Shown: positions 24,501 to 32,865 of the stretch, piece after piece
Layout of the letters: every line of letters starts with the position of its first letter
How positions within the stretch are numbered: position 1 is the first letter of the stretch
Assembly: GCF_036365525.1 (NCBI RefSeq)
Contig: NC_090382.1
Location: forward strand, 34,145,298-34,209,297
DNA: 64,000 nt
Direction: 5' to 3'
Source: Heterodontus francisci
Taxonomy: Eukaryota
The notes under the pieces: model-generated
Databases searched by the model: none
What the model was told of the DNA's origin: nothing
Seen by the model: only the letters and a program-made list of their open reading frames with translations
Translations under genes and position numbers: made by a program

Positions 24501-25812
24501 CTGGGGCTTAGAGGGTTAAATTATGAGGACAGGTTGCAGAACCCTAGTTTTTATTCACCTTGAGTATAAAAATTTGAGTGGTGATCTGATCAACAAGTTT
24601 GAAATGTTAAAAGGTTTTGATAACTAAAAGGTAGATACAGAGAAACTATTTCCTCTGATGGGGGAATCATGAATGAGGGAACATAATTTTAAAATTAAAG
24701 TTACGCCAGTTAGGAGGGAAATCTTTTTCACACAAAGGCTGGTAGGAATCTGGAAGTTTCTCTACCAAAAGGCTATGGATGCTGGAACAATCGGTGCTTC
24801 CACGACTGAGATAGATTTTGTTAGGAATGGGTTATCAAGGAATTTGGAGCCAAGGCAGGTCAATGGAGTAGAGCTACAGATCAACCCTGATCTATGTGAA
24901 TGGCAAAGCTGACTCGAGGGGCTGAATATCCTACTTCTTTTTCTATGTCTCTATGTTCCTAGAAAGGAAGTTTTATTTTTGCCCAGCATGTATTCATCAA
25001 TTTGTATTTGATGTGTGTGTCTAGTGTGCATGTGTCACTATGAAAAAGGACCATTATTTTGTATAACCAGCAGGGAACTGGACCTTGTATTCAGTTCTCC
25101 TTCACTAAGATACACCACAGTACTGCCCTATTTATGTATAAATATATCTAAGGCCTCTCCCAGTTTGCCCCTGCTATACCATGACACAGCACCTGGAGAA
25201 ATTGGACCTTTTTATTCAGTCAACCCATGTTCACTGATAGGGTTTAGTGACACCAGTCATCTCCAGTTTCAGAGCTATAATTTAATGGGGAATCACGCAA
25301 TGTCAATTTTAAAATACATCAGTGGCTTTATTACAAAAAGAATACCATGAATGAAGTAGACATTGATGATGTATTTGTACGAGAGAGAGAGAGAAGTGGT
25401 TAAATATATAATTATGGCAATACTTTGTTTCTGACAGGGTTTTCAGATCCCCAAAGGATGGAGTGTGATGTACAGCATCCGAGACACACATGACACTGCT
25501 CCTATATTTCAGCATCCCGAAATATTTGATCCAGACAGATTTGCCAAAGATCAAATGAAGGACAAGAATGCACGCTTTCAGTACCTGCCATTTGGTGGAG
25601 GTGTTAGACGTTGTCTTGGCAAAGAGCTTGCCAAACTTATCCTCAAAGTCCTTGCTATTGAGTTGGCCAGCCTCAGTCATTGGGAACTGGCCACCAAAAC
25701 ATTCCCCAAGATGCTGATGGTGCCAATCGTTCACCCAGCTGATGGACTAAAAGTGCAGTTTTCAGCTCAGCTTTGCAACAAGAGTAAAGTTGCTGAGGTT
25801 AGTCTAGAATAG
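282..25812 (+). CDS. CYP26: Cytochrome P450 family 26 (CYP26B1/C1-like retinoic acid hydroxylase), 5'-partial; join(282..506,2731..3006,20945..21100,23553..23834,25438..25812)
   Basis: Five AG/GT-bounded phase-0 exons splice into one open frame of 437 codons plus TAG. Motifs: [11 protein letters not shown]-helix [15 protein letters not shown]-helix KEVLR, PDRF, heme signature [10 protein letters not shown]. Exon sizes 225/276/156/282 fit the CYP26B1/C1 exon layout. Confidence 0.96.
1865..2070. mobile_element. Penelope-type short repeat, two degenerate copies in inverted arrangement
   Basis: aaaagcaaaatactgcggatgctggaaatctgaaataaaaacagaaaa is the reverse complement of the 3' end of the 30400-30617 copy; it is followed by a + strand remnant (ggtgatcgacctga...ttgactctgtttctctttcca). 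Confidence 0.6.
2731..3006 (+). CDS. CYP26: CYP26 coding exon 3 ([18 protein letters not shown]...[14 protein letters not shown])
   Basis: ttgttgacag acceptor, AAG/gtatg donor; 276 nt open. Confidence 0.95.
3330..3617 (+). mobile_element. L2-like LINE 3' end fragment
   Basis: ctccacctttggcagccataccttc...ccttgaaatctacctctttggccaagctttt...aaaggcgctatataaataaaagttgttgt, a typical L2-clade tail. Confidence 0.55.
4484..5106. mobile_element. hAT-superfamily non-autonomous DNA transposon (MITE)
   Basis: Terminal inverted repeats CAGTGGTTCTCA / TAAGAACTACTG, subterminal GTGGTCC repeats at both ends, degenerate 8-bp TSD (ctcttgag / ctttaggg). Confidence 0.75.
5407..7523 (+). mobile_element. HE1-type tRNA-derived V-SINE split by a CR1 insertion (5407-5569 and 7331-7523)
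   Basis: The two halves rejoin to match intact copies at 17193 and 28159 (aagacttgcagg / ttgataggtaaatt). Confidence 0.9.
5569..7333 (+). mobile_element. 5'-truncated young CR1 LINE (complete RT domain + 3' UTR)
   Basis: Open RT ([36 protein letters not shown]) to the stop at 7234; (TCTTTGT)n tail; near-identical to 45175-46927. Confidence 0.95.
8162..11999 (-). mobile_element. Gypsy/Ty3 LTR retrotransposon, internally deleted (no RT seen)
   Basis: Direct LTRs at 8162-8390 and 11750-11999; perfect 5-bp TSD ATTGT (8157-8161, 12000-12004); PBS-like TGGTGATCAGCCGTGGG next to the 5' LTR; gag ([11 protein letters not shown]), protease FKLDTGA (about 10290) and integrase core (IADYFT...VSDNGPQF...SSPKYPQSN). 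Confidence 0.9.
9883..10270 (+). mobile_element. Fragment of an LTR related to the solo LTR at 62540-63588
   Basis: atgaaaaccc...tgccaaatgggaaatattaatttcatcg...gatggccac...catttgaaa.accaaa colinear with 62540 onward. Confidence 0.6.
12726..13521. mobile_element. Harbinger-type MITE
   Basis: TIRs GGGCTGGATTTTA / TAAGATTCAGCAC, 3-bp TSD ACT on both sides; related inverted copy at 29631-30300. Confidence 0.8.
14968..15345 (+). mobile_element. tRNA-derived SINE sharing both its 5' body and its 3' tail with the LINE at 32866-35804
   Basis: A box-like tggcatagtgg, B box ggttcaaatccc, body ending aagccactcagttg, then LINE tail tcaagggcaa...caataaatgctggccttgccagcgacacccacatcc. Confidence 0.8.
16395..16520. 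repeat. Imperfect (AG)n microsatellite, probably inside a hAT-like remnant ending near 16592
   Basis: GA-rich tandem run; aaaaggttggacacccct resembles a hAT terminus. Confidence 0.7.
17193..17545 (+). mobile_element. HE1-type V-SINE, full length
   Basis: tRNA-like head (gtggcgcagtggtt; ggttcaattc), V-domain gggtttcctccgggtgctccggtttcctcccac, CR1-shared tail gggccgaagggcctgtt and (TAAAC)n. Confidence 0.92.
17619..17960 (+). mobile_element. HE1-type V-SINE, slightly 5'-truncated
   Basis: Colinear with the 17193 copy; (TAATC)n tail. Confidence 0.92.
19861..20295 (+). mobile_element. DeuSINE (SacSINE1-like)
   Basis: tRNA-like head; Deu-domain-like gatgaaatgttaaacc...aaagatccgatgacac...gaagaagagcagaggagttatcc; L2-like tail. 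A partial copy lies at about 19500-19680. Confidence 0.7.
20462..20780 (+). mobile_element. 3' end of a LINE (family of the 32866-35804 element)
   Basis: Reverse complement of about 32880-33185; same tail. Confidence 0.8.
20945..21100 (+). CDS. CYP26: CYP26 coding exon 4 ([14 protein letters not shown]...[14 protein letters not shown])
   Basis: cttttactccag acceptor, AAG/gtaag donor; 156 nt open. Not in the ORF track; translated by hand. Confidence 0.95.
21150..23040 (+). mobile_element. Old 5'-truncated CR1 fragment interrupted by a solo LTR
   Basis: ADDTK...[15 protein letters not shown] and [13 protein letters not shown]...FFTQRVV.VWN remnants; CR1 3' UTR. Confidence 0.85.
21456..22404 (-). 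mobile_element. Solo LTR, same family as LTR 60514-61432
   Basis: TG...CA ends; reverse-complement colinear with 60514-61432; degenerate 4-bp TSD (atat/atcc). Confidence 0.88.
23553..23834 (+). CDS. CYP26: CYP26 coding exon 5 ([16 protein letters not shown]...LQTFELG)
   Basis: tttcattgcag acceptor, GGC/gtaagt donor; 282 nt; contains the I- and K-helix motifs. Confidence 0.95.
24500..24960 (+). mobile_element. Old CR1 3' fragment
   Basis: [10 protein letters not shown] remnant and tail ggggctgaat..cctacttct...tctatgtctctatgttcct. Confidence 0.7.
25438..25812 (+). CDS. CYP26: CYP26 terminal coding exon 6 ([20 protein letters not shown]...[10 protein letters not shown]...stop)
   Basis: tttgtttctgacag acceptor; in frame with ORF 25465..25812; carries the heme-binding Cys. 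Confidence 0.96.
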   Translation, partial: GFQIPKGWSVMYSIRDTHDTAPIFQHPEIFDPDRFAKDQMKDKNARFQYLPFGGGVRRCLGKELAKLILKVLAIELASLSHWELATKTFPKMLMVPIVHPADGLKVQFSAQLCNKSKVAEVSLE

Positions 25813-26691
25813 TTAGTAAACCTCACAATCAAAGCGGAAAAACATTTATCTTGTTCTGTGATTGATAATTGATATCCAATGATATGATAATTAATACACT
25901 GCTACATTAGTGGTTTAATTTGCTAGCAACATTTCTCAGTTCCAGTAGGATTCACAAATGTAATATTGTGCTATTCAGTGTACATTTTTAATGATGTGTT
26001 GCTCATACAAAATTACTATCACGAATCCCACTCATTGCCATGGAATGCATATGATAAAGGCATTAAACACTTTTTTTCTGGGGAGAAAATTTTTTTTAGA
26101 CCCAGTGTCAACATTGAGTACTCCCAAGGTCAGAGGTAGCCCAAGTTAGATGCAGAGTACAGCTCCCACCACACTTTCCCAAGCATGTACGTTAACACAT
26201 TCCTAAGATTACCCCATTGTACAGTGTGATTTTTAGATTTTACACATCAGCCAGGCTCATAAATTGAAAATTCTAATTTAATGCCAAATTATGAACAGTT
26301 TTGTGCTGTAGACCCTGAGCTCCACACCAGGAACTGGGTTAAGACCTTCCAAATTGATTCCAGGTCAGAGCCTGGCAACCAATGGAGAAAAACAATGTTT
26401 ATCTCAGCATATTACCTAATCCAATTCTTTCACCCTTTTCTAAGAACTGTTTAATGTCCTCACTAACAATGCTGTAGCCTATGTCTCAATCAGCGGAGTG
26501 AATCAGGCTGCAGGAAGAATTAAAAATTATTGAAACCTTGCTTCAACTCACATCCCAAGAATGAATATCACACCGCAGTAGTTGTGTCTGTTTCCTTTGA
26601 ATACACTTGTGAATGTCAAGCATATTTCATACAAGAAACTTACACAACTGTAGTTGGATATTTCTTTTTGCACTGTACAGCAGAATAATTT

Positions 26692-26894
26692 AATAAATGT
26701 TCAATTATATAAGGTTATAGATATTTGATTATGCTTGGTACCCAGGTTAATTGTGATGGACAGATTGCCTACTTTTATCTATTTGTGATGTTAATTTATT
26801 TGTATGATGTTAGGAAGATTAAACTTTTTTATCTGTAAGATTCTTGTCTCATTATTTCAGTATAAAGTATTTAACCATATCAAATTGAAATAAA
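26692..26894 (+). other. Candidate polyadenylation signals of the CYP26 3' UTR (AATAAA at 26692 and 26889)
   Basis: AATAAA hexamers in AT-rich unique sequence about 0.9-1.1 kb after the stop. Which one is used cannot be told from sequence; another lies at 27934. Confidence 0.3.
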
Positions 26895-28158
26895 AACTGG
26901 ATGACACTGAAAGATAAAATAAGGTTAAAAATTAAAAAAAACAATGAAAATCTAATTCTTCCATCTAGCTCACTTCCCTCCAGGTTCATGTTTCCAGAAT
27001 CTGCATAGATTATCTTCATCCCTTCCTGTGTTGTTGTCATGCTTGTTCATCCTGTTTATTGACTTTGAATTGGAGCAAAAGTTCAAAAGTCTTCCTCATC
27101 AACTAAGCATAGTGATAAGCAGAATGCAAGAAAATTGAACATCTTGTAGGGGACATTGGTAAAGTTTAGTCAAGAAGTCTATATAAAAAAATATGATCGT
27201 GGTGATGCAAATCTTTCTTTTCTATACAGTAAAGGGACATATTTACAAATGAATCGATAGAAAATCATTGGCACTACATCCTTTATCTCCTAACATGTCC
27301 AGCGGATGAGTAAAGCTTGGCTGTATACATATCATAAACTCGCTATACACTCAGAATATCCCCGTACAACCTATATATATCCAATATACCCCCACATCCT
27401 TCGATACTCTTCGTACACCCTTGTACACTTCTATACACCTCATATGTGCTCTATACATTCCCATACCCTCGTAGATCTTGTACACACACCTTGGACCCCA
27501 AATACCCTCATATACTTCATATACTCAGTATTCCCTTGTGCAGCCTCCATGCACTTGATGTTCTGCATCCTAGAGGATAATGGACCAAGAACTGGAAAGT
27601 GGGATTAGGCTATTTAGCTCTTTTTCAGCTGGCACTGACACAGTGGGCCAAATGGCCTCTTTCCGTTCTGTAAATCTTCTATGTTTCTATGTTGCTTTTA
27701 TTAATTGTGCCTCCTTAAAACAAATGGGTACATGCAAATTTGTTTCTCTGGGCAATCCAGTGTCATCTTTCTGGATCATTTAAAAAATCAGCATTGCTAA
27801 TCTGGGAGAAAAGTAACTTAAAGTGATGAAGCTAAACAAAGAGGCTGCACAGACTTTATCCACAGATGTAAAAAAAGGTTGTCCTTTTAAAAACAATTGT
27901 ACCCATAAGTTTACATTTATCGTTGTCGATTGAAATAAAAGCCACAATTTGTGCCTGTTTTGTTCTTAATGTGTTTTAATTTAAGGTGCTAAATTAAAGC
28001 AAGTTGTTTTTGTAAAGAGTGGGGCACATGTCTTCATGTTCTTCCATTATCTTTTGCATAGACTCTCCTCACTCTACTTCTGCAATATAGTTCCATTTTT
28101 ATACATCCTTAATTACAACCAGTTTCTCCTTTTATTACTAATGCAGGAAATCTAACAA

Positions 28159-28512
28159 GGGGCGGCACAGTGGCGCAGTGGTTAGCACCGCAGCCTCACA
28201 GCTCCAGCGACCCGGGTTCAATTCTGAGTACTGCCTGTGTGGAGTTTGCAAGTTCTCCCTGTGTCTGCGTGGGTTTCCTCTGGGTGCTTCGGTTTCCTCC
28301 CACATGCCAAAGACTTGCAGGTTGATAGGTAAATTGGCCATTAGCAATTGCCCCTAGTATAGGTAGGTGGTAGGGAAATATAGGGACAGGTGGGGATGTG
28401 GTAAGAATATGGAACTAGTGTAGGATTAGTATAATTGGGTGGTTGATGGTCGGCACAGACTCATTGGGCCGAAGGGCCTGTTTCAGTGCTGTATCTCTAA
28501 ACTAAACTAAAC
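28159..28512 (+). mobile_element. HE1-type V-SINE, full length
   Basis: Colinear with the 17193 copy. Confidence 0.92.
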
Positions 28513-29630
28513 CAATATAACACAACTTAGGCATATATCTGATATGATTAGAAACTGTGATATGCCAGCACCCAATATCATATTATCTTTTGGACAAGTA
28601 TACTTCTTACTATTCTACATCCTAAAATTGTTCTTTCTTTTGCTGTTTCAGTATAAGTAATTAAAATAGTTTAAAATCCAGCTATTATGTACAATCAATA
28701 ATAGACTTTTTGCCTTAAAGGGGACCTGAATTACATCTGTGTTTCTTGCTCTGAGTTTCCCCTACCCCTCCTGCCTCATAACTCATACTTGCTTTTGACT
28801 TCCTGTGTGCAATGACTTGTATTTGCTGTGTTTGTAAATGTTATTTTCTTCCTAAGCTTAAAAGAACATGGACATTTCTCATAGGCTGAGGCTCAATTAA
28901 AAATTGACCTTTCAACACTTCTGTTAATTCTTTGTAATATTTTTAAGCAGGAGAACACCTTTGGTCCATCTGTTTCACCTATCCACAGTATTTCTTTAAT
29001 GATCTTCATGTTGCTCTCGGTTATCACTAGCCCCCATGCCACCACACCGCTCTCCCCCTCCCCTAACCGTACAGGTTTTAAATGGTCAAACATTCATTGG
29101 TAAACCAAACATACAAAACTGCCAAACATGTGCACACTTTGGACAAACACTCTTTTCATTAATGTGGGGGATCTCCTTTAGTTTTAGCAGGACTCCTTGG
29201 TGTCATATTTGGTCGAATACTGTCTTGATGTTAAGGGCAGTTGCTCTCACCTCACTGCTGAAATTCAGCTCTTGTTTGCATTGGACCAAGACTGTAATGA
29301 AGTCTGGAGTTGAGTGATCCTGGTAGATCACAAACCTGCGTGATGTTATTGGTCAGTAAGTGCCACTTGATAAATTGTTGACTACTCCTTCCATCACTAT
29401 AGTGATAGTTGGGAATAGGCTGATAAGACAGCAATTGGCTGAGTTGGATTGTCCTGTAGACAGTGTTGTATGTTTGTTTGGTAGACTGCCGCCTTAATTA
29501 GTCTAGCTGATAGAGATACTTCAGTCTGGGGGAGTTAGAACGTTGGTATTTATTATATTAGAACTATATATAGTATGTGTGACTCCACCAAAGCCATGCT
29601 GCATCTAGCTTCAAGTCTCTCTCACATGTG

Positions 29631-30300
29631 GGGCTGGATTTTAAGCAGTCCCCGACATCGTGATCCATGGGGGTGGGGGGGAGGGGCCTGATGATGGCTC
29701 CGGATGAGTCCCGCCACGGACCTGGACGCCTGCAGGGCCTGGCCTGATCCTCCCGGTGGCGGCAAGGCTCCATGGTGGACTCCCACCGCTGGGTGACGGC
29801 ACCACAATTTGAATATTTAAATCAATAAAATTAATGAATTTAAATATACTCATCCACAATCTTGAGGGCCTGCTGTGATCTTCGGGGCAATGGTCGGCAC
29901 TCCCGTGCCTTCAGATTCCTGTCCAGGGAAACGAGGCACAACACAGGTGGGAGGGGGGAGGAAATAAGTTTATCAGTGTGGTGGTGGGTGGTGGGGGGGT
30001 GGAAATAGGGTGAAATAGATGTCATGGGTGTAAGGGATGGTGGGAAGGGTTGTACTTAAAACTTTGTGCACTTTGGGGAGGGGAAAGGTCAGATATTAAA
30101 GGTAATTTAAATATCCAGCAGGGGTGACTGCCCCTTAAAAATGGCTTCAGCGCCTGCTCACAGGCAGCTCCACAGGATTGGGGGGTGGGCCTCCCCGGCT
30201 ATTTAAATGAGCTGCTGTGCTTAAGATTGCGTCGGCTCTTTGGCATGCAGCCCGCGCAGGCGGGCCACCATTTTCTGAGTTCGCCCATAGAATCCAGGTA
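29631..30300. mobile_element. Harbinger-type MITE (inverted relative of 12726-13521)
   Basis: GGGCTGGATTTTA left TIR and TAGAATCCAG at the right end; shared internal blocks in reverse orientation. Confidence 0.7.
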
Positions 30301-30399
30301 AGTGGAACTAGCTAAGTTGGTCCTGCAGAGAGCCAGCACAGACATGACAGGTCGAATGGCCTCCTTCTACTCTGACCATTTCTATGATTCTATGATTAC

Positions 30400-30617
30400 C
30401 ACTCCTTTTGGTGCTGGGCCACCAATTCTTTTGTCATGTAATCACTCCTATCTTCCACCCTGTCACAGACTTTCCCTTATCTTCTGTTTCCACCCTCCTT
30501 CCTTTCACTTGCTTAAAATCTATTACATTACTAACTTTTCCCAGTTCTGATGAAAGGTCATCAACCTGAAACATTAACTCTGTTTCCCTCTCCACAAATG
30601 CTCCCTGACCTGCTGAG
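30400..30617 (+). mobile_element. Penelope-type repeat with degenerate hammerhead motif
   Basis: agtt-CTGATGA-aaggtcatcaacct-GAAA-catt-aact at 30543-30579, followed by the family tail ending gcatccacagtattttgctttt. Confidence 0.7.
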
Positions 30618-30699
30618 TAGTTTCAGCAATTTCTATTTTTATTTCAAATTTCCAGCATCCACAGTATTTTGCTTTTGTACTTAATTTGAACTCTTCATT

Positions 30700-32702
30700 C
30701 TCCTGCCATCTACTTTGTTGTATCCCGAAATTCAAGTGGACAATGGGATAACCAGGTTGGAAGATGAGGAAAAGGTGTGAATTTAATGGTTGGACTTTGC
30801 ACTATGTGGATGATTTGTGTTTGGGGGCGAGGAGGGGAAATGCCAGAGGGTTTATGATTGCTGAACCATGTGGCTTCACACACTCAGGTTATCTAAACTG
30901 TGCCTGTATGAGGCTGTTGCAGGCTTCTCTGACAGCCAAGTGAGTGGCTGCAGGCACACAGGCCACATCCTCATGCTCCTCCTCCTCTTCTTCCTCCTCC
31001 TTCTGCTCCTCCTCGGATGCCGAGTGACATGCACCTTTTCCTCCTGCCGCTCTAGTCTTCGCTACAGTACAATGTTGAGCAAGACACAGTAGACCACTAC
31101 CATTCTGGAGACCCATGCTGGTACATACTGAAGGGTTCCCTCAGATCTGCCCAAGCTTACTGGATGATTGTCGCTGTGGCTCTTGTTCTACTTTTCCTCG
31201 ACGTCATTGGCAGGGCTCCTCACAGGAATCATCAACCAGGTCCTTAGAGGGTAGCTGTAGTCTCCAAGGAGCCACCCATTTCTACTTGGAGATGCAAAAC
31301 CTATGGGAGATGTGACTGGCGCAGAATGAAAACATCATGGCAGCTTCCAGGATATGTTTCACAGCCAATGGGTGGCACAGTGGCGCAGTGGTTAGCACCG
31401 CAGCCTCACAGCTCCAGCGACCCGGGTTCAATTCTGGGTACTGCCTGTGTGGAGTTTGCAAGTTCTCCCTGTGTCTGCGTGGGTTTCCTCCGGATGCTCC
31501 GGTTTCCTCCCACATGCCAAAGACTTGCAGGTTGATAGGTAAATTGGCCATTATAAATTGCCACTAGTATAGGTAGGTGGTAGGGAAATATAGGGACAGG
31601 TGGGAATGTGGTAGGAATATGGAATTAGTGTAGGATTAGTATAAATGGGTGGTTGATGGTCGGCACAGACTCGGTGGGCCAAAGGGCCTGTTTCAGTGCT
31701 GTATCTCTAAACTAAACTAAACTAAACTAGCTGAACATTGATGGAAGAATCCATTCCAATTGATGAATATCATTGGTTGATCTGAGGGCGCCTTGATTGC
31801 CACATATGTGCAGTCTATGATTCACTGTCGCAAATCCGAAAGCCCTCTGTGTCTGATTGGCCTCATCAGTGTCAAAGTGGGAATAAGTGAAGGCCTTGGC
31901 AAATATGGCATTGGTCACCTGGGAGATGCATTTGTGAGGAGCAGATGTGAAATTCTGAAGATATCACCAGCAGACCCCTGGAAGGGGCCGGAGGTGAAGA
32001 AATTCAGGGCTGTAGTGACCTTAATGCCAATGACAATACGTATGCACCTGGTCCACTGGGAAGAAGGTCTTGTTACAGGAGGCTCAGATGTCAGAAATGA
32101 GTTGCCATGAAAGCCTGACCCTCCCGAGGTGCTGTTGCTCTGTTATGTCGAGGAAGCTGATCCTCTGCCTGTATACCCTGTGCTGAGGGCTATCGCCTCC
32201 TTTGAGCTGGAGCTCTATGGCCATCCCTTCTGTCTTGTAAGCAACATGTGGCTATAACTGCATAAACTGCTCCCATGCTGCAGTGAAGGCTGGCTACAGG
32301 GAAGTTCAGATCAAGGAGAGTAAAGTCCAAAGGAGGTGCAATGACTTCGAAAAGTTGGAAATCACCTGTGATGTAGTGAAGTCAGGCTCTCGAAACACAT
32401 CCTGTGAGCACAAGCCTTTCACATAGGCAGTGAATCAGCTGTGTGGTTTCAATCTTTAAAGGCTTTCCAATTTCATTGAACAATGGCTATCTGCTGTGTT
32501 CTCACCTGGTTCACCACGAAGAGTTCCACACAGTTCGGGAAACCTTTATGCTGGCTGTTAAAGGCAGAATCCTGGGTTGCAGCCGCAATTAATTACTTGT
32601 TTGAATATTTAAATCACTATCGGGATCGGTTTCCAACATGGCAGCATTTTTCGGCCCATGCCTGCAGCCGGACCTGCCCCCTATGCAGTTAAAATTCTGC
32701 CC
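30700..32702. mobile_element. Second degenerate Harbinger remnant
   Basis: - strand nuclease C-terminal-like acidic tract (CLAQHC...EEEEEEE) and a TIR-like end aaaattctgccc. Confidence 0.45.
31370..31729 (+). mobile_element. HE1-type V-SINE, full length
   Basis: Colinear with the 17193 copy; (TAAAC)n tail. Confidence 0.92.
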
Positions 32703-32865
32703 ATGTATTTTAAGGAGACTTTTCAAGATAAAAGAAGGAATCGTATTTTTTATATAGCCCCTTTCACATCCTGAAGTGCTTTACAGCCAATTAAGTACTT
32801 TTGAAGAAGTCCTTCAAAGTATCGTAACTGTTATGAAGTAGGAAACATGGCCGTCAGTATGATTT

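Noticed and set aside
30868-31116. Signal-peptide-like poly-Leu ORF and the opposite poly-Glu ORF
   Set aside because: A CTC/GAG triplet tract within a Harbinger remnant; no flanking exon structure.
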